Shown here: piece after piece, positions 49,270 to 57,877 of the stretch
How the letters are laid out: every line of letters begins with the position of its first letter
Numbering within the stretch: the first letter of the stretch is position 1
Assembly (NCBI GenBank): GCA_963778795.1
Contig: CAVZVU010000006.1
Coordinates: 712,249-776,248, forward strand
Source of the DNA: an uncultured Pseudomonadota bacterium
Lineage (GTDB): Bacteria; Myxococcota_A; Polyangia; Fen-1088
DNA length: 64,000 nt
Reading direction: 5' to 3'
Notes under the pieces: model-generated
Database searches by the model: none
The model's input: only the letters and a program-made list of their open reading frames with translations
What the model was told of the DNA's origin: nothing
Made by a program: the position numbers and the translations under genes

Positions 49270-49740
49270 TCAGAAGGTCCAGCCGACGGCCGGTCGCAGG
49301 TGCGGGAGGAGATCGCCCCGGTGGAGCTCCTCGGCGCAACCCAGAAAGCAGCCGCCGGAGGGCGCGACGTAGCTCGAATCGGTCAGGGCCATGTTCGCGC
49401 CACCGGCGACCAGCAGGGTCAGGCCGACAGCAGCGCGGTAGACGTAGGCCAGTTCGGCGTGCGCGAGCGGTGTCGTTCCATGAACGCCGTTACCCACCAG
49501 CACCATCGGTCCACCCGCCAGGGTCAGGGCATGGTGACCGTTCGCGGTGCGCAGCGGCTCCCAGCGCGCGTTCGCCATCGCGGACCAGAGGAGGCATCGG
49601 GGCCGTCCATCAGCGTCCCTTCGACCGACAGTCGAGAAAGCACGAAGCGGCCGGCGGTGACCCCCGCCTCGACGTGCGGGCCGATCGACCCGGTGTGGGT
49701 ATCCTGGCCCCGGGCAGGTCCGGTGTGGCCGGAAGCCCTG
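49270..49740 (-). pseudogene. 3' fragment of an outer-membrane beta-barrel gene
   Basis: Ends 'LRPAVGWTF'; an upstream frame reads 'SIGPHVEAGVTAGRFVLSRLSVEG'; no signal peptide before the adjacent gene's stop. Confidence 0.4.
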
Positions 49741-49743
49741 GCG

Positions 49744-50466
49744 TCACCGATTCAACGCCATCATTTCGGGGTAGTGGTAGACGTCCGATTTCGCCGGCGT
49801 GTTCAGTGACGTCGCGATCATCGCCTTCGCGATCTGCTCGACGGTGATCGATTTGTATTTCGCGGGCGTCACGAACGAGAACGCAGGAAGCACTTTCTCG
49901 AGCAGCCACGGTGTGTGTTGCGATCCGATGATCATCGCCGGGCGGAAGATGCTCACGACAGCCGGACCACTCTCTTTCACTGCCTCCTCGGCCTCGCCTT
50001 TCACACGAGCGTAGCGCGCCATCCCCGCGGCGCCTGATCCGGTCGCCGCCGCGGTGGGATCAGCGCCGGCGGCGGACATGAACGCCAGGTGCTTCACTCG
50101 CCCCGATGCCTTCAGCCCTCGCGCAAAGGCCGCATTCAATTGCACGTCGACCGCGCGATGCTCGTCGATCGTGAGCTTCGCGGTGCCGGCCCCGACGCCC
50201 AACACACTCAACCCGACGACGTCGCCTTCGAGCGAACGAATGGCCTCCGTAGTCGCAGTTTCCAGACCGGCTGGATCCATTGCGGGAACGAGCGTCTCGC
50301 GCAGCTCGACACCCGCATCACGTGCCATCGCGACCTGATCGGGCTGCGAACGACGCACCAGGGTCACGATGGGTTTGAACGATCCATTGCGAATCAGTTC
50401 CTTGATCAGCGCGTTGCCGACCGATCCCGATGCACCGAGAACCACAGCCGCTTGCGTGCTCGACAT
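49744..50466 (-). CDS. NAD(P)-binding Rossmann-fold protein (TIP30/YraR-like)
   Basis: 'VLGASGSVG', 'FMSAAGAD', 'YARVKGEAEE', 'IFRPAMIIG'. Confidence 0.85.
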   Translation of the reverse strand: MSSTQAAVVLGASGSVGNALIKELIRNGSFKPIVTLVRRSQPDQVAMARDAGVELRETLVPAMDPAGLETATTEAIRSLEGDVVGLSVLGVGAGTAKLTIDEHRAVDVQLNAAFARGLKASGRVKHLAFMSAAGADPTAAATGSGAAGMARYARVKGEAEEAVKESGPAVVSIFRPAMIIGSQHTPWLLEKVLPAFSFVTPAKYKSITVEQIAKAMIATSLNTPAKSDVYHYPEMMALNR

Positions 50467-51209
50467 CAGGGGACGACGTCGACGGCGATCGGTCCCGCCG
50501 CCAGCGAGCTGGGCCAGGACGTGCAGCTTTCGAATCCGGTGCACGACGACGCCATTCCGAAGCCGCCCTGGAAGACGCTCTTCACGATCAAGGTCGCCCG
50601 ACCGGTGATGGCCGGCGCGGTGATCACGACCGATTTCAGGTCCGGCCCGTCCATGCCGGGCGCGAACGTATAGAACGGTACCTCCGACGGAGGCGTATCC
50701 AGCCAGTAGAAATGACCGGCGCCCAGGTTCACGCTCACCGGAACCGCGGTCGGGGGCAGAGCGACCGTGAATTGGGTGCCCGCCTGCACCGTGCCGTCGC
50801 CGGGAGGAACCAGCTGCGCGCCGAAACCGGGGAACAGATCGTCGAAGGTCGCCTCACCGTACACGTGGCTGCCGCTGGCCACGCGCACGTGAACCGGAGC
50901 GTCCGGCGGGACCGCGTCGAAGTTCACCAAGATGTCCCACACGCACTCGCCGAGCTGAGTGGGCGTCGCCTGGCGCTCGTTCATGGTGACGGTCAGATCC
51001 GGCGGCAGCGAGAAACAGCTCTGGACGCGGCTGGGCCAGCCGAAGTCGACGAACACCCGGTATCCGATCCGGTCCAGGGCGGCCGGGTCGTCGTTCCACT
51101 CGGCGCCGGTCATGAGCGAGATCGAGGGCGGCGCGTCCGAGCCGCACCCGCCGGCGCCTGCCATCGCCGTCAGGCAGGCGGCCATGCGAATCAGCGAGCT
51201 CGCCGTCAT
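50466..51209 (-). CDS. Lipoprotein, paralogue A
   Basis: 'GAGGC' lipobox; shares motifs with 51230..51991. Confidence 0.7.
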   Translation of the reverse strand: MTASSLIRMAACLTAMAGAGGCGSDAPPSISLMTGAEWNDDPAALDRIGYRVFVDFGWPSRVQSCFSLPPDLTVTMNERQATPTQLGECVWDILVNFDAVPPDAPVHVRVASGSHVYGEATFDDLFPGFGAQLVPPGDGTVQAGTQFTVALPPTAVPVSVNLGAGHFYWLDTPPSEVPFYTFAPGMDGPDLKSVVITAPAITGRATLIVKSVFQGGFGMASSCTGFESCTSWPSSLAAGPIAVDVVP

Positions 51210-51229
51210 CAACCGAAGCCGCCCGGGCA

Positions 51230-51991
51230 TCAGATTGCCTCCGTGACGAATACCGGCCCCAGCGCGTTGGTGGCGTTGCCCACGCACGCCGCGAACCCCT
51301 CGCAATTCACCGCTGCCTGCGGCCCGTACGGTGTCCCTTTCAACACGATGGCGGCGCGTCCGCTGAACACCGGCATCTTGACGTGAACACCGTCGGCAAA
51401 TCGCGCAGGAAAGTCGGCGACGTACTCGGCGCCCGGCCACGGTGTCCCCTCGAGGGGAAAAACCCATCCGGGCCCTGGCGAACTGGTTGGCAATCCAGGC
51501 GTGGGAGCAATCACGATCTCGTCGCCGGCGTGAACCATCCCATCGGCGGGCGCTACCAGCGCCGCGCCCAGCCCCGGAATCAGGTTGTCGAAGGTCCCGG
51601 TGGCGATCGTTTGGCCGTCCCGTACCGCGGTGACGGTGACCAACGACGAAACCATTGTCGGAGTGGCCGCGACCTCGGCGCCCAGGCAATTGTCGGCGTC
51701 GCGCACCAGCGGCACGGATTGGCCGAAGGCGAAGACCTGCAACGACGGCGGCAGATCGTCGCAGGTGCCGCCGCTGTTCTTCCTCTGGAAGACGAGCAGG
51801 TCGTAGACGAAGCCGACCTGATCGGCCGATGTCGCGCCCCAGTTCCAGTCGACGCGGAGGCCCACGCTCAACACCGGATGGGACACGCTGTCGTCGCCGC
51901 ACCCGGCCAGCACCATCCCCGCGATCGCTCCGACCAGCATTGCCGATCTCGCCGCTGACCCGCGCTGTCTCGCCCCGGCCCCACCAACCAT
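51230..51991 (-). CDS. Lipoprotein, paralogue B (start uncertain, 51940-51991)
   Basis: 'VLAGC' lipobox; shares motifs with 50466..51209. Confidence 0.7.
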   Translation of the reverse strand: MVGGAGARQRGSAARSAMLVGAIAGMVLAGCGDDSVSHPVLSVGLRVDWNWGATSADQVGFVYDLLVFQRKNSGGTCDDLPPSLQVFAFGQSVPLVRDADNCLGAEVAATPTMVSSLVTVTAVRDGQTIATGTFDNLIPGLGAALVAPADGMVHAGDEIVIAPTPGLPTSSPGPGWVFPLEGTPWPGAEYVADFPARFADGVHVKMPVFSGRAAIVLKGTPYGPQAAVNCEGFAACVGNATNALGPVFVTEAI

Positions 51992-52247
51992 CGGCCTCGG
52001 ACACTAGCACATCCGTATCGGGATGGAGCTCATCACCCGGGAACGGCAGAGGTGCTCGAAGCACCGCCGCCCCGCCGACCCAGCGGTCGCGTGTTGAAGC
52101 TGAGCTGGCTGGGAAAATCGAACAGCGTTCAGCGTGCAATTCCAGCGGGCGGTGGGAAGCTACACTGCGATCGTCACGCGACGCGCTTGGCCGGCGCCCA
52201 ATGCCTCAATGTTCGTCGCGGAAGACGATCGAGAGGGGAGGCCGGAC

Positions 52248-52484
52248 ATGGTTCACGAAAGCCTGCTCGTCGTCACCACGAGGGGAGAGTCCATCGGAAA
52301 GGTCATTCACAACGACGGAGACGACACATTCCTGGTCGAGCGCGAAAAGGTGTTTCCCAAGGACTTCGAGTTCCACTACGAAGGCGTCACCGGGGTTTGC
52401 GAAGAGGGGGCGCTCGTCTATACGTTGACGGAAGCCTCTGAGGAGGAGCCCGTCGCGGCCGACGCAATCCCGCACCGCCCGTAG
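52248..52484 (+). CDS. Small PRC-barrel/DUF2171-like protein
   Basis: 'VVTTRGESIGKV..FLVEREKVFPKDF'; RBS GGGGAGG. Confidence 0.6.
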   Translation: MVHESLLVVTTRGESIGKVIHNDGDDTFLVEREKVFPKDFEFHYEGVTGVCEEGALVYTLTEASEEEPVAADAIPHRP

Positions 52485-52912
52485 CTTGTGGACCGGCGCC
52501 CCACAGACGCGCTACGCGCGCCCGTCGCGGTGACGTCTACTTGGTTGACTGTGTTTCGCTGACTGCAGGACCAGCGGGTGCTTTCCCAGCGGCAAGAGTT
52601 GCACCCCGCTGGTGTGCTCCGGCGGCTGCACCCTCAGCCAAAGCTGCAAGCCCGAGGCGTGGATGAGCATCGGGAACTCGCATTCTAGCGAGCCGGTCCG
52701 TGGTGCTCGTGTGAACCTGCGGTCGCGCTGACCACCGGCAATCGCTCGCCCCCGGGTGAGATCGATGCCGCACCGGTCGATTGTCGTGGTATCTCGATAC
52801 GCGGGTGCATGAGTGGGTGCCTTGGGGTGGTCGAGGGCGTCTGCGTCATTGCCGTCGCCGTCGCCATCAAGAGGCTGCCATGAAGCGCCGATGAAGTTGG
52901 ATCGACTGGAGC

Positions 52913-53161
52913 ATGTCTCGGCCTCGACACTACCTGCACGGTGACTATCTGGAGCCGGCTGACCGGCGGCCCGACAGCGTCGTCTACTGCGCGTTCTGCG
53001 ACGGATTCTGCCTGCCGGCACATCTGTACGAGGAGCATGAGCTCGACGCCAACTTCGTCCGGTTCAACGCCAGCAAGAAGGTATTTTACCGAACTCAGCA
53101 GCGCGTCTCGCGCCCGATCGACGCCGCGAACTACTTCGACGGCACGCCAGATCCAGGCTGA
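52913..53161 (+). CDS. Small putative zinc-binding protein
   Basis: 'YCAFCDGFC..AH..EEH'; high GC at third codon positions; GGAG upstream. Confidence 0.5.
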   Translation: MSRPRHYLHGDYLEPADRRPDSVVYCAFCDGFCLPAHLYEEHELDANFVRFNASKKVFYRTQQRVSRPIDAANYFDGTPDPG

Positions 53162-53429
53162 AAGGCCATTCGGCCTGGGCCCTGGCGATATTCGTGGTGG
53201 CTTGCTCGCATGCGAGTACCCTTCGAGCATGTCGCTCGCTCATCTCCGGGAAACGAAGGCGCAGAGCAATCGCACCTCAGCGGCTGCGCCTCGGAAGGTC
53301 GCCACGGCGCCGGCCGGGCTCTGCGGCGCGAGCCGCGAGCCCGCCTACCGCACGATGGACGAGGCCGCCGCGTCCGGCCTGGAGATTTGCGACACCTGCG
53401 TCGCCCTCTTTCGGCGACAAGGGAAGGCC

Positions 53430-53640
53430 GACTGAACAGAGCCAAGGCGTCTGCCTGCCGGTCTCGGCCGCGCAGATGGCGCTGATCCGGTCGTCGTTGC
53501 CGAGATCGATCTTCGTGACGGTGAGGGTGGTGCCGAAAACCTGCGTCTCGAAGGGAAGGGCGAGGTGCTGGTCGATCATCGAACCAGCCGGTTGCCTGCT
53601 CCGATTCACCATAGGCGTCGACCGTCGCCTCCTCGATCAT
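53430..53640 (-). pseudogene. CcbP-like calcium-binding protein, frameshifted and 3' truncated
   Basis: 'MIEEATVDAYGESEQATGWF', shift near 53580, then 'MIDQHLALPFETQVFGTTLTVTKIDL..DDRISAIC'. Confidence 0.6.
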
Positions 53641-53839
53641 CTCTGCCAGCCTTGCCTCGCTGAGCCCTGTCTTGCGGGGCTGGCGCGCATTGTCCGATCC
53701 GTCCGGTTACCGTGGGCCGTCTTCGCGCCATGGCGGCAGCCTAGGTTGCCACTGACCTGGCATTCAACAGAGCCCCGCCCAGGCAGCCGCGGACAGGCGA
53801 GCGCCGATTTTCGGGACACGCTATAGAATCTGTACGACC

Positions 53840-54760
53840 ATGCCTGCCATGCCGACCGAGGTCGACCTCCTGAGCAGCCTGCTCCAGGCACTGGGCCAGC
53901 GCCGGTGGGAGGACGCGGTGCGCCTTGGGGAGGAGATCGCCGATCGGGAGGCTCGGAGGGGTCATGCCCGGGTGGCGAGGAAGCTCCGCGGAGCGCTGGC
54001 GTCCCGCGACGGCGCGGAAGTGGCCGAGGCGTTCAGCCCCACGCCCGTGGGCACACCCTTGGCTGGCGCCCTGTTGCCCGTCGATCCCGTCGACGGTCTC
54101 GATGAGGTGGTGCTGCCCTCGGCTCTGAAGGCACAACTGGCTGAAGTGCTTCAGGAATGGAGACACCGGGGGAAGCTCGACACTGCCGGTGTCACTCGCA
54201 GGACGAAGCTTCTGTTTCACGGGCCGCCCGGATGCGGCAAGACGATCACCGCTCGCGCGCTCGGCGGAGAGATGTCCCTCCCCGTTATGGTCGTGAGGTT
54301 CGACGGGGTCGTCGGCTCCTACCTCGGCCAGACCGCGGCTCGCCTGCGGGAGCTGTTTCGATACGCCGAAGCGGTGCCCTCGGTGCTGGTGCTGGACGAG
54401 ATCGATGCACTCGCTCAGCGCCGCGGGAATCCACGTGACGTCGGCGAGCTGGACCGCGTTGTCGTCTCGCTGCTGCAAGAGCTGGAGCACTCCATGCCCC
54501 AGGGGATCGTCGTGGCGAGCTCGAACCTGCCACGCGCGCTCGACGACGCGCTCTGGCGGCGCTTCGATCTGGTTCTGGATTTCCCCGTTCCTTCGGCGGC
54601 CCAAATTCTCGGGTTCGCTCGGAAACGGCAGGTTGCCCTTGGCGTTCGCCCTAGCCGGGACCTCGTGGGCAGGCTTCGCCGCTCGCGGTCGTACGCCGAT
54701 GCCGAACGGGTCGTGACCGACATGCACCGGCGCGAGATCCTCGGCCGGGAGATGGAGTGA
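53840..54760 (+). CDS. ietA: AAA+ ATPase, IetA-like
   Basis: Walker A 'GPPGCGKT', Walker B 'LVLDEID', 'SSNLPRALDDALWRRFD'; 1 nt before an S8 protease gene. Confidence 0.8.
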   Translation: MPAMPTEVDLLSSLLQALGQRRWEDAVRLGEEIADREARRGHARVARKLRGALASRDGAEVAEAFSPTPVGTPLAGALLPVDPVDGLDEVVLPSALKAQLAEVLQEWRHRGKLDTAGVTRRTKLLFHGPPGCGKTITARALGGEMSLPVMVVRFDGVVGSYLGQTAARLRELFRYAEAVPSVLVLDEIDALAQRRGNPRDVGELDRVVVSLLQELEHSMPQGIVVASSNLPRALDDALWRRFDLVLDFPVPSAAQILGFARKRQVALGVRPSRDLVGRLRRSRSYADAERVVTDMHRREILGREME

Positions 54761-54761
54761 G

Positions 54762-57149
54762 ATGGCTCAGCGCCGCCCCGTGGCGCCTCGCACGTTCTTC
54801 CTGAACGAGACTCACGAGCACGCGCGAGGGGAGCCGGAGGGCGGGGGACGCGTCCCGACGTTCTCCCAGATCAAGTGGCCAGAGAAGGGGCGACGGTTGT
54901 CCGCGTCTCTACGTGCCGCACGCGCCGCGGCCCTGCGAACGGCCGATCCACTCCGCCAATCTAGGTTCTTTCTGCTCTCCAGCCCTGAGGAGAGGATCGA
55001 TCGGGACTCCAAGGCGAAGACCGCGAAGGGCGGTCTGCAGCACGTCGCCATCGACTTCGCCGGGAAGCACGCTCGGGTATTCGAGCGACTCGACCTTCAG
55101 CTCTTGCGAGTCACCCCGGAAGGCGATGCGCTCGTTCACGCAAAGCCGGAGACGCTGGATCAGCTCGAGGCCACAGCGGCGCGGCTCGCTGACGCAGGCA
55201 AGGGCGACCAAGCCCGATGGGCCTTCTTGAAGGAGTTCCGGCTCGCGCCCATCGAGACGCGCGTCGACGTGGCATGGCTCGACTCCCTCGACGCGAAGCT
55301 GGCGCACGAGGTCATTGTCGAGTTTCAGCCGGTACTGACGAGAGCCGACGTCGACGTCCTGATGGAGGCGATTCAGCGGGATCTCCGAGAGAACAAGGGT
55401 GGCCAGGCTTTGGGCGGTGGCCATGATCTGTCGGGGCGCCGTTGGCTCCGTGCGCAGATGCAGCCCGAGAGGATCCGGCGCTTCGCGACGGAGTTCCAAT
55501 CTATCCAGACGATCCACGCACCGCTGATGGCGACGCTGTTTGCGACACATGGAGCGCGCTCGCTGCCGAAAGGGACTGTCACCCCTCCGCCGCGCGACGT
55601 GGGCGACCTTCCCGTGGTCGCGGTCGTCGATGCGGGCATTCCCCGCGAGCACCCCCTCCTGGCGCCCTATCGCCGAGGACAGTACCGTCACGCCGACGCG
55701 GCGCACACCGATCCTGGGGACCACGGCTCGCGCGTCGCATCTCGCGTCGTGTTCGGCGACGTGGTCGCTGGGCCCGGCTTCTCGCCACCGGCGGGGCGCT
55801 GTCGATTTCTCGACGTTCTGGTCCCTGCCGACCAAAACGGCGAGTCACTGGAACTCGATGACAAGGCGATCTTCGATTCTCTGCGAGATGTCGCTCGCGC
55901 CTATCCCGACGTTCGGGTCTTCAATCTGAGCCTCGGCTCCTGGCTTCCCCTTGCCCGATTCTCCGCGACGGATAGGCAGGAGAGGTTGGTCGAACTCCAG
56001 GATCTCGACAACTTCGCATTCGAACACGACGTTGTGGTTGTCGTCGCTGCCGGGAACACCCCGCGCGGCGTCGTGCCCAACACCGACTACCCCGGCCACG
56101 TCGACGAAACCGATTGGCGCCTCGGTGCGTGGGCGGCCGGGTTCAACACCGTCGTGGTTGGCGGCTACGTCCCGCGGCCCAACACCGACGGCGTCGCGCG
56201 CCGGGAAGGTTGGCCGAGCCCGTTCACGCGCGTTGGTCCTGGTGTCGCCGACGCACCCGTTCCAAGCTTCTCGGCCGGTGCCGGGGATTGCAGCGACACG
56301 TATCATTGGAAGCCCGGCTTCGGTGTCTGGACCACGAACAAGGCCGGTGACTGGGAGGATGCGATAGGCACGTCCCACGCGGCTCCGATCGTCGCGCGCG
56401 AAGCGGCCTTGCTCCTTCGCGATCTCCAGAAGTTCTGCCCGCCGGGAGTCCAGCCGTTCGCGTCGACAGCCAAGGCGTTCCTCCATTTGGTGGCGCGCCA
56501 CGAGGCGCCGCTCGCGGATCTCACGGCCGCAGCCCGGACTCTGGCCAAGCGAACTCTTGGTTCTGGTCGCCCCAGCGCAGCGCGGTTGGGCGCCCCGTTG
56601 GCGAACACGGCCGTGTTTCTCTGGCAGGGAACCCTCGAGCGTCCCGGCCACGCCGCGCGCGTGCGGGTTCCCGTTCCTCGCGAGTGGTTGAAGGATGCGA
56701 GCGCCCCGCAGGTGCGGGTCATCTGCGCGTGGAATACACCTACCGGCGCCGGTGCGCCTGAGGTGTGGGCTTGCAGGAAGGTCAACGTGCAACTTCGGCC
56801 CACGCTGGACGGCGATGCTCTCCGTGGAAAAGGGAACGCCAGCGGTGCCTACCCGCTCATCAACAAGATCTACGACATGGGGGCGGACCACCTGAAGGAT
56901 CTCGGGATCAAGGTGGACTTCGATGAATGGGTCCTGGAGATCGCCTATGAAGACGTGGCTCCATACCCACCGTCAATGCGCGTCGACGAACTGCAACGGG
57001 TCTCCGTCGCGTTGGAACTGTCGGACGAGGGTGAGTCGGCGGAGAGCCCGCAGTCGGCGATCCAGGCACTGCCGGCCAGCGAAACAATGATCCGGCTCGG
57101 CGGAATGAAGCAACCGATTTGGTCGCCCATCAAGATACCGACGGGTTAG
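54762..57149 (+). CDS. ietS: S8 subtilisin-like serine protease, IetS-like
   Basis: Triad: 'VVDAGI' (D), 'DHGSRVAS' (H), 'GTSHAAP' (S); 'FNLSLG', 'AAGN'; no signal peptide. Confidence 0.8.
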   Translation: MAQRRPVAPRTFFLNETHEHARGEPEGGGRVPTFSQIKWPEKGRRLSASLRAARAAALRTADPLRQSRFFLLSSPEERIDRDSKAKTAKGGLQHVAIDFAGKHARVFERLDLQLLRVTPEGDALVHAKPETLDQLEATAARLADAGKGDQARWAFLKEFRLAPIETRVDVAWLDSLDAKLAHEVIVEFQPVLTRADVDVLMEAIQRDLRENKGGQALGGGHDLSGRRWLRAQMQPERIRRFATEFQSIQTIHAPLMATLFATHGARSLPKGTVTPPPRDVGDLPVVAVVDAGIPREHPLLAPYRRGQYRHADAAHTDPGDHGSRVASRVVFGDVVAGPGFSPPAGRCRFLDVLVPADQNGESLELDDKAIFDSLRDVARAYPDVRVFNLSLGSWLPLARFSATDRQERLVELQDLDNFAFEHDVVVVVAAGNTPRGVVPNTDYPGHVDETDWRLGAWAAGFNTVVVGGYVPRPNTDGVARREGWPSPFTRVGPGVADAPVPSFSAGAGDCSDTYHWKPGFGVWTTNKAGDWEDAIGTSHAAPIVAREAALLLRDLQKFCPPGVQPFASTAKAFLHLVARHEAPLADLTAAARTLAKRTLGSGRPSAARLGAPLANTAVFLWQGTLERPGHAARVRVPVPREWLKDASAPQVRVICAWNTPTGAGAPEVWACRKVNVQLRPTLDGDALRGKGNASGAYPLINKIYDMGADHLKDLGIKVDFDEWVLEIAYEDVAPYPPSMRVDELQRVSVALELSDEGESAESPQSAIQALPASETMIRLGGMKQPIWSPIKIPTG

Positions 57150-57190
57150 TCCTTCTTTCCTTCCTCTTCGCCCTCTGCTTTGCTGTGCGT

Positions 57191-57445
57191 ATGACCCGCC
57201 AGAAGGCCGCTCCTTCGACGTGGACCGCACCCGTCTTCGGCCTTGAACTGTTGGGCATGGATCGGCTCAACACCAAGCTGAGTGAGTCGATTCTGAACGT
57301 CCCTTTGGATGACGGCGAGTTCGGGCCCATTGAATTCCATTTGATCACCCTCGACTTCGAGGAGCAAAGCCACCTCCAGGGCCGGCTGGCGCCGCGCTTT
57401 GGCGATGGAGGAGTGAGGAATCTCGCGACCTCGCTAAGCGGATAG
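57191..57445 (+). CDS. 84-aa hypothetical protein downstream of the protease
   Basis: ATG 41 nt after the ietS-like stop; strong third-position GC bias in this frame. Confidence 0.45.
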   Translation: MTRQKAAPSTWTAPVFGLELLGMDRLNTKLSESILNVPLDDGEFGPIEFHLITLDFEEQSHLQGRLAPRFGDGGVRNLATSLSG

Positions 57446-57877
57446 AATCGCAAGATGTGGTCGAAGGCATTGCACGAGCCGAAGATCGCCGCGGAGGCGC
57501 ATGCGGTAAACAGTGGTGATCCCGACACCAGTTGGCGGGCCACCCGCGAGCGAGTTGTGCCGCGCGAGCGGCGCGCGGGATTCGGGGGGGCTTCGACCAA
57601 CAAGGCGCTCCGCCACCGCCGCCAACCCCGCGCCCGGATCGGTGCCCCTATCCTTCGGCCTCGCTGGAGCGAGCGCATCAGGCGATCGAGATCCTGCGCC
57701 TGTCGATCGGCTTCCCGCTCGAACTGTTGCGAGCGGCGCTGTTCGGCCGCTTCCTCGGCGGCGCGGCGGCGTTCTTGCTCGCCATCCTCGAAGTCGGTCT
57801 TCCGTCCGATGTCACGGCGGACGAACGTGGCGTCTGAACCTGCGTCCTCAAGGGGATCCCGTCGCCGTGCGGCGCTC

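Noticed and set aside
57146-57373. 75-aa minus-strand ORF as the real gene
   Set aside because: The overlapping + strand frame 57191-57445 has the better codon bias and follows the operon direction; neither is proven.
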